This document shows positions 47,334 through 56,790 of a DNA stretch of 64,000 nt, piece after piece. The notes beneath the pieces were generated by a model. That model saw only the letters and a program-made list of their open reading frames with translations. It had not been told where the DNA came from and did no database searches. The DNA lies in NCBI GenBank assembly GCA_900299365.1, contig OMJS01000013.1:939-64938 (forward strand), given 5' to 3'. Numbering within the stretch: the stretch's first letter is position 1; each line of letters starts with the position of its first letter. Source of the stretch: Opitutales bacterium (lineage in GTDB: Bacteria > Verrucomicrobiota > Verrucomicrobiia > Opitutales > Seribacteraceae). The position numbers were made by a program, and so were the translations under genes.

Positions 47334-49538
47334 TCAAGAAAGGTATTCCTTCCATGATTTACCAAGTAGATTAATTTCCGGTTCAAGAATAACCCCGTGA
47401 GTTTCCTTCACCCTCTTTTTTACTTTTTGAATAAGCTCAATCACATGATCAGTGGTCGCTTCTCCTTGATTTACGATGAAATTTCCATGCACCTGGGAAA
47501 CGGAGGCACCACCAACTTGTTCTCCCTTTAAACCTGCTTGATCAATTAACCAGCCAGCCGGGTGGGATTGAGGGTTGCGGAAAACACAACCTGAACTAGC
47601 CAGTTTTGGTTGGCTCTTCCTTCGTTTCCGGGACATTTTTTCTATTACTTTTCTAATGTCAATGTGCTGTGCCCTTCCCTCTGCTCTTAGCTTCGCCCGG
47701 AGAGCAATCCCATCATATGCCTCACGACAATAGCGATAACCAACCTCCAGTTCATCGCCATCAATTTGTTTAATCTCTCCATTAGGCATTAAAAATTTCA
47801 CCCAATCCACCAAATCGAAAATCTCCCAACCCATCGCTCCCGCATTCATTCGTAGAGCCCCGCCGAGCGTGCCTGGAATGCCTTCTAAAAACTCAAATCC
47901 ACTTAAATTTTTTAAACATGCAAATTTACATATTTCATTAAGTTTTGCCCCCGCACCTACAATTAGAGTGTCATTGGAACGAAGATCAATTGTACGCCAA
48001 AAGGCTCCTCTCAAACGAATAACTAATCCCCCAAAGCCCTGATCTGGCACGATTAAGTTGGAACCCCGACCAATCATTGCGTGCTGCATATCGAACAGGT
48101 CACAAGCTTCAACCAGCACTCTTAAATCTTCAATATTTGCAGGTTCTGCGTACCAATTAGCCGCCCCCCCTACCCCCATTGTTGTCATGGAACCGAGGGG
48201 CATATCCCGAATTAATTTTGTCTGCTTGGAGATTCGGTCGTTTAAGTAAAAACCCAAAGCATCCTGCTTGATTCCTTTTGTATGCTCCCATGCAGCAAAT
48301 GCATGTGCCCATTTATTTAAATCACCAGCACCTAAAAAAATAACCTGATCATTCAAACCCTCACTCTGGTTACCTAGTGCCAACCTGAGGTCATAAAAAT
48401 TATTAAATATTTTGACGGCATCCCGAAGCCTCGGAGGCAGGTATCCAGTTAAACTTTCTACCACACCCGACTGGTCAAACTTTTCAAATGCACCGTAGGT
48501 TGGAAGGAGGTGAAGATCATCGGCTATAGAAAGTTCCTCAGCAAAAGAAGGAGCCAAGGCCTTCGTTCTTGAATAACGATGGGGTTGAAAAACAACCTTC
48601 ATTTCGTGATCTGGCAATAATTGTCTTCTTAATCTGAGTATACATGCAATTTCCGACGGATGATGGGCATAGTCTTCAAGAATGGTTCTATATTCAGAAT
48701 CATAAAGAATACATTGCCGCCTTTCCATGCCTGGAAATCTATTGAAATCTATTTTGCTAAAATCTAAACCCAGAGCATGCCCGCTTTTCCGAACCGCCAA
48801 ATCATTCGCTTCTAAGAATTGGGCTGGCTCTTTTGCACTGGTGAAGGAAAGAAATTGTTTCCTATCGACCTTTTCAACAATTTTTTGCAATGGTTGTCCA
48901 TCTCCGTGAATAATTGTGGACTTAGTCCGGGTAAATAAATTTTCTAAAGTTTTAGCAAAGGAAGATCGATCCTTGTATTGGTCAACATGGTCCCAGTCGC
49001 AATTCAAACAGACTGTCATCCAGGGCGCAAAAGAATCGATGGAACCATCACTTTCATCCACCTCAATGACTACCCATCTGGATTTTGAGTAATAGCCTGC
49101 GGGGAAGGTATGGTTTTTAAATTGGGCACCGATCAAGTGAGATGCGGCAAAACCAACTTCCTTCAAGGCCCAGGCTAGCCTTCCTGAAACACTGGTTTTT
49201 CCATGACTACCAACTACCGCAATTATTTTATGCCTCGCAAATAATTGAGCCAAAAAGTCTCCGCGTCTGTAAAAAGGAATCCCGAGTTCTCTAAATTTGC
49301 TCAGCCTTTGGTCGAGATGACTAATAGCCGAGGAATGAACGATGCAGTCAGGAATTTTAATGGGAGTAATTTCGTCCAAGACTTTTACACCGTGATCGAT
49401 TAAATGACTGCGAATAGGCTCGTTAAAACGATCGTCATAGGCCTCCACCCTTACACCTGCACCTCTTAAATACAGAGCAAGGGGAACCATGCCCATACCG
49501 CCAGCACCCAACAATAATACTTTTTTAGGACGTCTCAT
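47334..49538 (-). CDS. murC: bifunctional UDP-N-acetylmuramate--L-alanine ligase / UDP-N-acetylenolpyruvoylglucosamine reductase (MurC-MurB fusion)
   Basis: N-terminal half: GAGGMGM, GSHGKTS P-loop and FQPHRYSRT (MurC). C-terminal half from about residue 440: MTTMGVGGAA, GRGSNLIVPD, SGCVFRNP and HGNFIVN (MurB). One uninterrupted 734-codon ORF. Confidence 0.9.
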   Translation of the reverse strand: MRRPKKVLLLGAGGMGMVPLALYLRGAGVRVEAYDDRFNEPIRSHLIDHGVKVLDEITPIKIPDCIVHSSAISHLDQRLSKFRELGIPFYRRGDFLAQLFARHKIIAVVGSHGKTSVSGRLAWALKEVGFAASHLIGAQFKNHTFPAGYYSKSRWVVIEVDESDGSIDSFAPWMTVCLNCDWDHVDQYKDRSSFAKTLENLFTRTKSTIIHGDGQPLQKIVEKVDRKQFLSFTSAKEPAQFLEANDLAVRKSGHALGLDFSKIDFNRFPGMERRQCILYDSEYRTILEDYAHHPSEIACILRLRRQLLPDHEMKVVFQPHRYSRTKALAPSFAEELSIADDLHLLPTYGAFEKFDQSGVVESLTGYLPPRLRDAVKIFNNFYDLRLALGNQSEGLNDQVIFLGAGDLNKWAHAFAAWEHTKGIKQDALGFYLNDRISKQTKLIRDMPLGSMTTMGVGGAANWYAEPANIEDLRVLVEACDLFDMQHAMIGRGSNLIVPDQGFGGLVIRLRGAFWRTIDLRSNDTLIVGAGAKLNEICKFACLKNLSGFEFLEGIPGTLGGALRMNAGAMGWEIFDLVDWVKFLMPNGEIKQIDGDELEVGYRYCREAYDGIALRAKLRAEGRAQHIDIRKVIEKMSRKRRKSQPKLASSGCVFRNPQSHPAGWLIDQAGLKGEQVGGASVSQVHGNFIVNQGEATTDHVIELIQKVKKRVKETHGVILEPEINLLGKSWKEYLS

Positions 49539-50671
49539 ATATGCGACTCTAGCAGACCTGAGGGTACATTTGTTTTCTTGTTGAGCTTAAAGGTGTTCAA
49601 AAGATTTTTAGCAAACATGCTTGCTACATCTTCATGATCCAAAGAATAAAGGTTTCTTCTTAGTACTGCTCGAAATTCTTCATTAAACATGACTTCACGC
49701 ACTTCCAACAGTAGCTTCTCTTCAATCGATTCTTCAGGACAGACAACCCCACCTCCCTTAGCTTCCAAGTACTGTGCATTAGCATGTTGATGCATATCTG
49801 CAGCATAGGGATAGGGAACCAAGATCGATGGAACCCGGCACCTAATAATTTCCGCAATCGATCCAGCACCGGCCCGTGAAATGACTAAATTCGCTGCGGA
49901 CATTAATATGTGCACTTGATCTGAAAAGGTTACAAACCGACTGGTAACAGTTTCTCCAGCAAGTCCCTCAAGTTGAACAGTTCCGGAATTTTGATCATTT
50001 AATCCCGTCAAGCAATAAACTGAAATTCCATCTTGGGCTAATTGGGTTAGATTATTTTTGACCCATTCATTGAGCGAAGCTGCCCCTTGGCTCCCACCAA
50101 AGACCAACAATAATTTTTCAGACATTGATATACCCAAGCATTTCCGGGCCCGCTCCATGGGAATCCTTCTAAAATCTGACCTTAGTGGGTAGCCGATATG
50201 AGAAATTTTTTCACTAGGAATACCTGGTAGCCTTACACCCGAAGGAAGATAAACTCGGCTAGCACGGTTTGCCAAAAAACGAACTGCCTTTCCCACGATA
50301 CGGTTAGATTCGTGAATATGGAAAGGCATACCACAAGTACGGGCGGCAAGAGCGGGTCCAAAAGTCGAAAACCCTCCAAATCCAACCAAGGCATCGGCAT
50401 CAATCTTACGAAAGAAGGAATGCGATCGGAGAAAAGCATGCAGGCATCCTTTCAAAAATTTTATGATTCCCCACGGAGTCTTGATCAATGGCACTCCTGG
50501 CATAGGTACAAAATTTAATTCTGGGTACTTCGATGCCAGTCTCGAATCAACCTGTTTTTGACTGATGAATAACCAAGTTGGACAACCCAAAAGTTCCAAG
50601 CTCTGAGCAAGAGCAATACCCGGAGTTAAATGACCTCCTGTCCCGCCACAAGCTATGACAATATTCTTCAC
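49535..50671 (-). CDS. murG: UDP-N-acetylglucosamine--N-acetylmuramyl-(pentapeptide) pyrophosphoryl-undecaprenol GlcNAc transferase
   Basis: IACGGTGGHLTPGIA and GGSQGA. GTG start in a GTGA overlap with the ftsW stop. Confidence 0.92.
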   Translation of the reverse strand: MKNIVIACGGTGGHLTPGIALAQSLELLGCPTWLFISQKQVDSRLASKYPELNFVPMPGVPLIKTPWGIIKFLKGCLHAFLRSHSFFRKIDADALVGFGGFSTFGPALAARTCGMPFHIHESNRIVGKAVRFLANRASRVYLPSGVRLPGIPSEKISHIGYPLRSDFRRIPMERARKCLGISMSEKLLLVFGGSQGAASLNEWVKNNLTQLAQDGISVYCLTGLNDQNSGTVQLEGLAGETVTSRFVTFSDQVHILMSAANLVISRAGAGSIAEIIRCRVPSILVPYPYAADMHQHANAQYLEAKGGGVVCPEESIEEKLLLEVREVMFNEEFRAVLRRNLYSLDHEDVASMFAKNLLNTFKLNKKTNVPSGLLESHI

Positions 50672-51795
50672 AATTCTCTCGCTTGGATGGGAGAAGGATT
50701 ATCTTTCCTTCTCATGACATTAATTACCAGACCTACAAAAAGAAAAGTTACGACTAAGTTAGATCCACCATAACTGATAAAAGGGAGTGACATGCCTTTG
50801 GTCGGCAGACAGCCAGTCACTACTCCCATATTAATAATTGCTTGAAGTATGACAAAGAGAAGTGCCCCCATAGCTAGGAGATATTCATACATTCTCGAAA
50901 TCTGCCGTAATCTTACACCTACGCTAAAAAACATAATTAAAAATGTGAGAAGTATGGTAAATGTAGCAAGTAATCCAAGCTCCTCACCAATAACAGGAAA
51001 AATAAAATCTGTATGTGCCTCGGGCAGGAAGTACATTTGCTGACGCCCCATCCCAAGGCCAACTCCATCCAACCCTCCTACACCAAAAGCAAGCATACCC
51101 TGCCATAATTGATAGGCACTGTCATTTGCATTTGCCTCGACATCCAAAAATGAAGTTACCCGTCTGATCCGAACGGGATCAAAATAGACTAAAATTGAAA
51201 ATAGCAAAACGGCAAGACCGGCAACCGGTAATAACCACCTCAGTCCTACTCCAGCTTGAAACATGAGGGTAGCCCCAACTGCACCACATAAAAAACAGGT
51301 TCCAAAATCTGGTTGTAAAAGAATTAAACCACATGCACTTCCAATAATCACAGAGGGCCAAATAAAACCTTTGAGCAAGGTACTAATTACTCTTTGTTGA
51401 TCAGCAAAATATTTTGCTAAAAGGAGAACAATTCCAATTTTGGCAAATTCAGAAGGTTGGATACGTAGGGAACCAAGCCCAATCCAACGCTGTGCCCCGT
51501 TAACTTTAACACCAATTCCAGGAATCAAAGTTAAAACAAGGCCTAATATACACAAAGCAAAGATTAACGCTGATCTGTTTCTCAACCACTCCAAGTTGAC
51601 AACCGATGCATACAAACCTGCTAAGAAAGATATAAATACCCAAACAATCTGCTTAAAAAGCAAATCTTGAGCCCCCTTTACCGCACCTGCACTAAAGAGC
51701 ATGACAAGACCAATCATGGTCAATCCAATGGAAGCAACAACCAAGTATGCTGTTACCCAATTTGTTGTCTTATTTACCGATACTGTTTCTGCCAA
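50668..51795 (-). CDS. ftsW: peptidoglycan glycosyltransferase FtsW (SEDS family)
   Basis: SEDS motifs GAQRWI, QPSEFAK, PEAHTDFIF and LPFISYGGS. TTG start preceded by an AGAGAGG Shine-Dalgarno-like sequence. Sits in the dcw cluster. Confidence 0.9.
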   Translation of the reverse strand: MAETVSVNKTTNWVTAYLVVASIGLTMIGLVMLFSAGAVKGAQDLLFKQIVWVFISFLAGLYASVVNLEWLRNRSALIFALCILGLVLTLIPGIGVKVNGAQRWIGLGSLRIQPSEFAKIGIVLLLAKYFADQQRVISTLLKGFIWPSVIIGSACGLILLQPDFGTCFLCGAVGATLMFQAGVGLRWLLPVAGLAVLLFSILVYFDPVRIRRVTSFLDVEANANDSAYQLWQGMLAFGVGGLDGVGLGMGRQQMYFLPEAHTDFIFPVIGEELGLLATFTILLTFLIMFFSVGVRLRQISRMYEYLLAMGALLFVILQAIINMGVVTGCLPTKGMSLPFISYGGSNLVVTFLFVGLVINVMRRKDNPSPIQAREL

Positions 51796-51835
51796 TCCAA
51801 CCTCTCTTTCTCACCACACCATTCGTCATAATATC

Positions 51836-52906
51836 TTATGGGGCATCAATAATTGGTCTGTCCTCATTTGAAGAATCATTGAAAAAATCCTGTAGGCTTC
51901 CCCCTTCGTCAGCAGGAATAACCTCGGTTTTACTATCCTGAACTGGGGATTCAGGCACAATCGGAACTGCGTTCTGCCCCTGCGATACGATCAAGGGTTG
52001 TCCCGCCCGAATCAGGCTGGGATTTGATAATCCATTCCATTCCATAATTTGAGATACTGAAACTCCGTAAATGGATGAAATCCGGGACAGGTTCTCTCCC
52101 TTCTTAACGGTATGTGTTGTCGCCCCTGTTGGAACAATAATGGGCGAATTCTGGGTTGCTGGTGAACTTTCAGATATTTGCCCGCTAGAAATTGCTGGAG
52201 CAACCAGAATTTGACCTGGTTTGATAATCGATGACATCGACAAATTATTAGCTCTCAAAAGTTCCGACAACCTGACCCCGAGGTTTCGGGCTATTCGGGA
52301 AAGAGTATCCCCTTTGGCCACGGTGTATGTCTTGCCATCGGATTGAACAATGGTTGTAGTTTCAAATGTCTCATTAATGGTACTTACAGGACTGGATTCC
52401 CCCACTCCGGGAATCATGATTTCTTGACCAATAGATAACCGTCCACTTTTGTCTAAGTTTGGATTTGCCTTAAGCAGATTAGCAAGAGTCACATCATTCT
52501 TTCTGGCGATTCCCCAAAGAGTATCGCCTCGAACTACTTTGTAAATGGAAAGATCAGATGGCTTAAGGTCCAGAGGGTAAACTTTTTGTTCAGTCGGGAC
52601 AATTATTCCTGGAGCAGATGAATCAATTGCAGGCTCTTGTGGAACAATAAGTTCACCCGGGGCAGGTCTTTTCGGTGCGGCAAATTCATCTGGTTTTTCA
52701 TCCACCGGTTTATCATCACCAACAAGTGGTTCATCAATCCCCTCAATGGCTTGATTAAATGACTCCTCTGTATTATTAGTAGTGCTCTCTTCTGTAGGAA
52801 CTTTTGCCTTTCCACCAGTTGTTTGACAACTTGGTTGGAACATAACGAGAAGAATAACTCCTACATGGAGTGATAGGACGATTCCGAATACTTTTGATAG
52901 TTTCAT
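51836..52906 (-). CDS. membrane-anchored LysM-repeat protein (3 LysM, no catalytic domain)
   Basis: N-terminal TM FGIVLSLHVGVILLVMF, a P/E-rich linker and three LysM units: YKVVRGDTLWGIARK..., YTVAKGDTLSRIARN... and HTVKKGENLSRISSI.... Confidence 0.85.
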   Translation of the reverse strand: MKLSKVFGIVLSLHVGVILLVMFQPSCQTTGGKAKVPTEESTTNNTEESFNQAIEGIDEPLVGDDKPVDEKPDEFAAPKRPAPGELIVPQEPAIDSSAPGIIVPTEQKVYPLDLKPSDLSIYKVVRGDTLWGIARKNDVTLANLLKANPNLDKSGRLSIGQEIMIPGVGESSPVSTINETFETTTIVQSDGKTYTVAKGDTLSRIARNLGVRLSELLRANNLSMSSIIKPGQILVAPAISSGQISESSPATQNSPIIVPTGATTHTVKKGENLSRISSIYGVSVSQIMEWNGLSNPSLIRAGQPLIVSQGQNAVPIVPESPVQDSKTEVIPADEGGSLQDFFNDSSNEDRPIIDAP

Positions 52907-52910
52907 TTTT

Positions 52911-54233
52911 TTAATGGCTAGCTTGCAAATTGTATATTGGTAAATTCGTAGAGATTTGAATGGTATTCTTCAAATCGAAAACGAGTGATTCAAAGGAATT
53001 CCCTCTTTCATTATAATCTAAAAACATGTCAAAACTGGCAAATCCTGGACTAAATAAAATGTTATCGTTTTTATGGGCAGATTGAAATGCCTGCGCGACC
53101 GCATCTTCAAGATGTTGGCAAACTTGAGATTCTATTTCAAAATTTCGTAAATTTTTGGATAGTTCGCTAGCAGTCTCGCCCAGTAGGAAAGCACTTTTTA
53201 TATATGGGTATAGATTTAGAACAAATTGGTCGATCTGGAGCCCTTTACTTTTCCCCCCGCCAATCCAAATCACTTTTTTGGGAAATGAATTACACGCCGC
53301 TAAAGTGGATAGTTCATTGGTTGATTTTGAATCATTCCAAAAATTGACCCCATTAACAGATTTTACTTTTTTTAAACGGTGAGGATGAGGATTATAATCA
53401 ACGAGTGCCTCAAAAAAACGCTCCAACCCAACTCCTTTATGTTCAAACCAACTTCTGGCAAAAGCAAGGTTTTCCAGTTGTGGTTTACTCAGGTGAAAGG
53501 AAGCAATGTTTCTTGGTAATTCCTGAATTGTGAATGGTTTTATCTCCCTAAATCCAACATTCAAACCCACACCGAACTTTCGGGCATATTTGATAACAGA
53601 AGTTCCGATAAAAACATTATGTGGAGAAACACAACTATTGGCCAATTTTAACTTCGCGAAAAAATATTCAAGTTCACTCCCATGATAATCGATATGATCC
53701 GGAGCAAAATTGATCCATAATACAGCGTCCGGAAGAAGTGATCTCGAAGAAACTGCCTGAAAGGAACTTGTCTCATGAAAAACAATCTTTTTCTTAAGTG
53801 TGCTATTGGTAACAGCTTCAGAAAGGGGTCTACCGATATTTCCCAATTCCTCACAAGGCATATTTAATCTCCGGGCAACATGTCCTAGTATACTGGTTAA
53901 AGATGTTTTTCCATTGGTCCCAGTAATGGCAACAAATTCGGAATGATCGGAGCAACTCAAACCTAGATCAATTTCTGAAAATATTTCTTTTCCCTGAGAA
54001 AGTGCTGTCTTTATCCATTCATGATTGGGTTCAAACCCAGGACTTTGTACCACATAAGATGATCTTTTGGCGTCCTCTTGAGTAAAGATACGGTTTCGCT
54101 GATCAAACAATTGACAGGTTTTCCCTCTCGATACTAAGAGTTTCTGGGCAGCACATCCGCTAATACCGCTACCCAAAATTGCAACCGGACCATGGGAATT
54201 ATCTATGGAGTCTGTAAATGTATCCCCCTTCAT
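52911..54233 (-). CDS. murD: UDP-N-acetylmuramoylalanine--D-glutamate ligase
   Basis: ILGSGISG and the GTNGKTS P-loop. Lies after mraY. Confidence 0.9.
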   Translation of the reverse strand: MKGDTFTDSIDNSHGPVAILGSGISGCAAQKLLVSRGKTCQLFDQRNRIFTQEDAKRSSYVVQSPGFEPNHEWIKTALSQGKEIFSEIDLGLSCSDHSEFVAITGTNGKTSLTSILGHVARRLNMPCEELGNIGRPLSEAVTNSTLKKKIVFHETSSFQAVSSRSLLPDAVLWINFAPDHIDYHGSELEYFFAKLKLANSCVSPHNVFIGTSVIKYARKFGVGLNVGFREIKPFTIQELPRNIASFHLSKPQLENLAFARSWFEHKGVGLERFFEALVDYNPHPHRLKKVKSVNGVNFWNDSKSTNELSTLAACNSFPKKVIWIGGGKSKGLQIDQFVLNLYPYIKSAFLLGETASELSKNLRNFEIESQVCQHLEDAVAQAFQSAHKNDNILFSPGFASFDMFLDYNERGNSFESLVFDLKNTIQISTNLPIYNLQASH

Positions 54234-55378
54234 TACCTCAATTTAAGAGTGGCCAGACCAATAAGTGCGAACAAAAGTGATAAAATCCAAAACCTAATTA
54301 CCACCTTGGTTTCCTTCCATCCCTTTAACTCGAAGTGGTGATGAATCGGAGACATTAAAAATATTCTTTTCCCTCGAAGTTTAAAGGATGCAACCTGTAA
54401 AATTACTGAGGTTGCTTCCATTACAAATATTCCTCCTACAATAATCAGAGTAAGGGGCTGATGTATCATTAATGCTATAATTCCAATCAAGCCACCAATT
54501 GCCAGCGAACCTGTATCCCCCATAAAAACTTCCGCAGGATGAGCATTATACCACAAAAATGCGAGACTACCTCCTAGCAATGCTGTGCAAACAATTGACA
54601 GTTCCCCGGTTCCTGGAACCCAACTAATTTTGAGGTAATCTGCAATTAAAAAATTGCCTGATGCATAAGCCATTATTGCATAGGTTAGAGCAACGGTGAC
54701 GGTACACCCAATAGCCAATCCATCTAATCCATCAGTCAAATTAATGGCGTTACTTGTACCCGTAAGGGTTAATAGATAGAGCAGGGACAAAGTACCAAGT
54801 GATAATATTGGAATACTTGAAGTATCCTCGTAACTTACAAAAGGCACCCAAAATTCTCTCATTTTTTGGCTACTACCCAGTGCCTCATCCCCCGCGCCGT
54901 TTAGACCATTCGCTAAGGGACCAAGAAGAAAAAACAGTGCAACTCCCGTGGCAATTAGTTGACCAAGTAACTTATACTTACCAGATAAACCTTTGCTATT
55001 CTTTTGGGAAATCTTTAAGAAATCGTCGGCAAATCCGACGCATGTCAGTAAAATATAGGTAATCAGAGCAGTACATACATAGACATTGGGTTCAGCCCAC
55101 AATATGCTGCTCAATAAAACGGAGAAAAAGATCAGCATGCCACCCATTGTAGGTGTATGAGTTTTATCGATATGTAAATCCGCAAGTTTACCAACTTCCT
55201 CTTTGTCTCTAAATGCTTGCTTTGCTCCGATCTTTTTAAGAAGTAAAATCAAAGAAGGACCTATCCAAAACCCTACTACTAAAGCAGTAATACCCGCACC
55301 AAGTGCTCGTATAGAAATATACTGAAAGAGCCTAAATGGCCCCCATATATCTTCCCCAAACTGCAACCAACTCAACAT
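54233..55378 (-). CDS. mraY: phospho-N-acetylmuramoyl-pentapeptide transferase
   Basis: TPTMGG, NAINLTDGLDGLA, MGDTGSLAIGG and HHHFE motifs. Confidence 0.95.
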   Translation of the reverse strand: MLSWLQFGEDIWGPFRLFQYISIRALGAGITALVVGFWIGPSLILLLKKIGAKQAFRDKEEVGKLADLHIDKTHTPTMGGMLIFFSVLLSSILWAEPNVYVCTALITYILLTCVGFADDFLKISQKNSKGLSGKYKLLGQLIATGVALFFLLGPLANGLNGAGDEALGSSQKMREFWVPFVSYEDTSSIPILSLGTLSLLYLLTLTGTSNAINLTDGLDGLAIGCTVTVALTYAIMAYASGNFLIADYLKISWVPGTGELSIVCTALLGGSLAFLWYNAHPAEVFMGDTGSLAIGGLIGIIALMIHQPLTLIIVGGIFVMEATSVILQVASFKLRGKRIFLMSPIHHHFELKGWKETKVVIRFWILSLLFALIGLATLKLR

Positions 55379-56790
55379 GCGATCTTCATAGGTTCATATT
55401 CTTCCACCGCCCATTGCGGTATCAATCTTTCTAACTTGTAAGCACGACTTCCTTTTATCAACACTGCGCCCTTGAACTCCTCGATCAGTGGTCTGGCATT
55501 CTCAGGATTTGGTAAAATAGATATTTGTTCTTCTCTAGCACCACTTTCCATCATTCCATTTGCTAAATTAATGGAGTAATCACCAATAAGAACCGCTTGG
55601 TCACAATGATTTAAATGAATGGACTTTCCTGTTTTAAAATGTAGTTGATCACTAGCATCCCCCAGTTCATTCATCGATCCCAAAACCAATAACTTTGGTT
55701 CATCTTGATAGCGCTCGAAAAAGAAATTTACAGAATCTATCATGGAAGCAGGGTTCGCATTGTAACAGTCCAAGACATAAGAACTTCCTCGGCCTACGAG
55801 GCATGAACCTCGTAGGCCAGAGGGCCTATATTGGGGTAGGCGTTCACAAATTTCCTTGTCTGATACCCCCAACTTCCAGGCGGTTACACATGCCAATACC
55901 ATATTTCTTATCGTTCCATCAGATGCTTCTGGAATCCTTACAACAAGAGGCGGACACCCACATCGCTCAATTGATAAGTTCTGTGAGTGTCCACGCTCGT
56001 TTGTTTCAGTCGAAACTTCATACAAAGCCAAGTTGTCTTGTAACTCAACACTACCGATTTTGGCTTTTTTAATTTTAATAAATTCGCCCTTACACTGTTC
56101 CATAGCATCAGAAAATGGCTTAAATTTTTCTAATTCTTCGGGAAAGATAGCTAGGCATGAATCTTGGGAATACAACCATAGTTTGATCTTTTCATTGGCC
56201 ACCATTTCAATCGTTCCTAATCCAGCCAAGTGCGAATGATCAATCGATGTGATAACGGCTATATCCGGGCATATCATATCAGCTAAAACATCCATTTCTC
56301 CCGGCATATTAATACCTGCTTCAACCACAGCAAATGGATGACCTGAAATTGAAAACTTTGTCAAAGTTATAGGCACTCCAATGTGGTTGTTGAAATTCCC
56401 TTCTGTACAATGTGAACCGGAAAGCAGAACCTTTAATATCTCTTTGGTAGAGGTCTTTCCACAACTTCCTGTTACTCCCACTACTGGCTTTGTGAATTTT
56501 TTTCTGTGAGATTTAGCAATTTGTTGAAAGGCGGCGAGGGTTTCCTCAACTATTAATTGGGGACAATCTTCGCTTACCACCTTATGATCTACTAGGGCTG
56601 CTACTGCACCAGATGAAATCGCCTGTTTTATAAAGTTATGCCCATCCCTCTCTGCCCTTAGGGCAATAAATAAATCTCCCTGCTTGGCATTTCTTGAATC
56701 AAAACAAAATCCTTCGATATTTACTTTCGGGAGCGTCGTCCACTCGCCACCACAATATTTGCTAAGATCAACTGGATTAAAGATAGACAT
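55372..56790 (-). CDS. murF: UDP-N-acetylmuramoyl-tripeptide--D-alanyl-D-alanine ligase
   Basis: GVTGSCGKTSTKE and the Mur ligase fold. ATG at 56790 overlaps the murE stop; a TTG alternative exists at 56793. Confidence 0.9.
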   Translation of the reverse strand: MSIFNPVDLSKYCGGEWTTLPKVNIEGFCFDSRNAKQGDLFIALRAERDGHNFIKQAISSGAVAALVDHKVVSEDCPQLIVEETLAAFQQIAKSHRKKFTKPVVGVTGSCGKTSTKEILKVLLSGSHCTEGNFNNHIGVPITLTKFSISGHPFAVVEAGINMPGEMDVLADMICPDIAVITSIDHSHLAGLGTIEMVANEKIKLWLYSQDSCLAIFPEELEKFKPFSDAMEQCKGEFIKIKKAKIGSVELQDNLALYEVSTETNERGHSQNLSIERCGCPPLVVRIPEASDGTIRNMVLACVTAWKLGVSDKEICERLPQYRPSGLRGSCLVGRGSSYVLDCYNANPASMIDSVNFFFERYQDEPKLLVLGSMNELGDASDQLHFKTGKSIHLNHCDQAVLIGDYSINLANGMMESGAREEQISILPNPENARPLIEEFKGAVLIKGSRAYKLERLIPQWAVEEYEPMKIAC

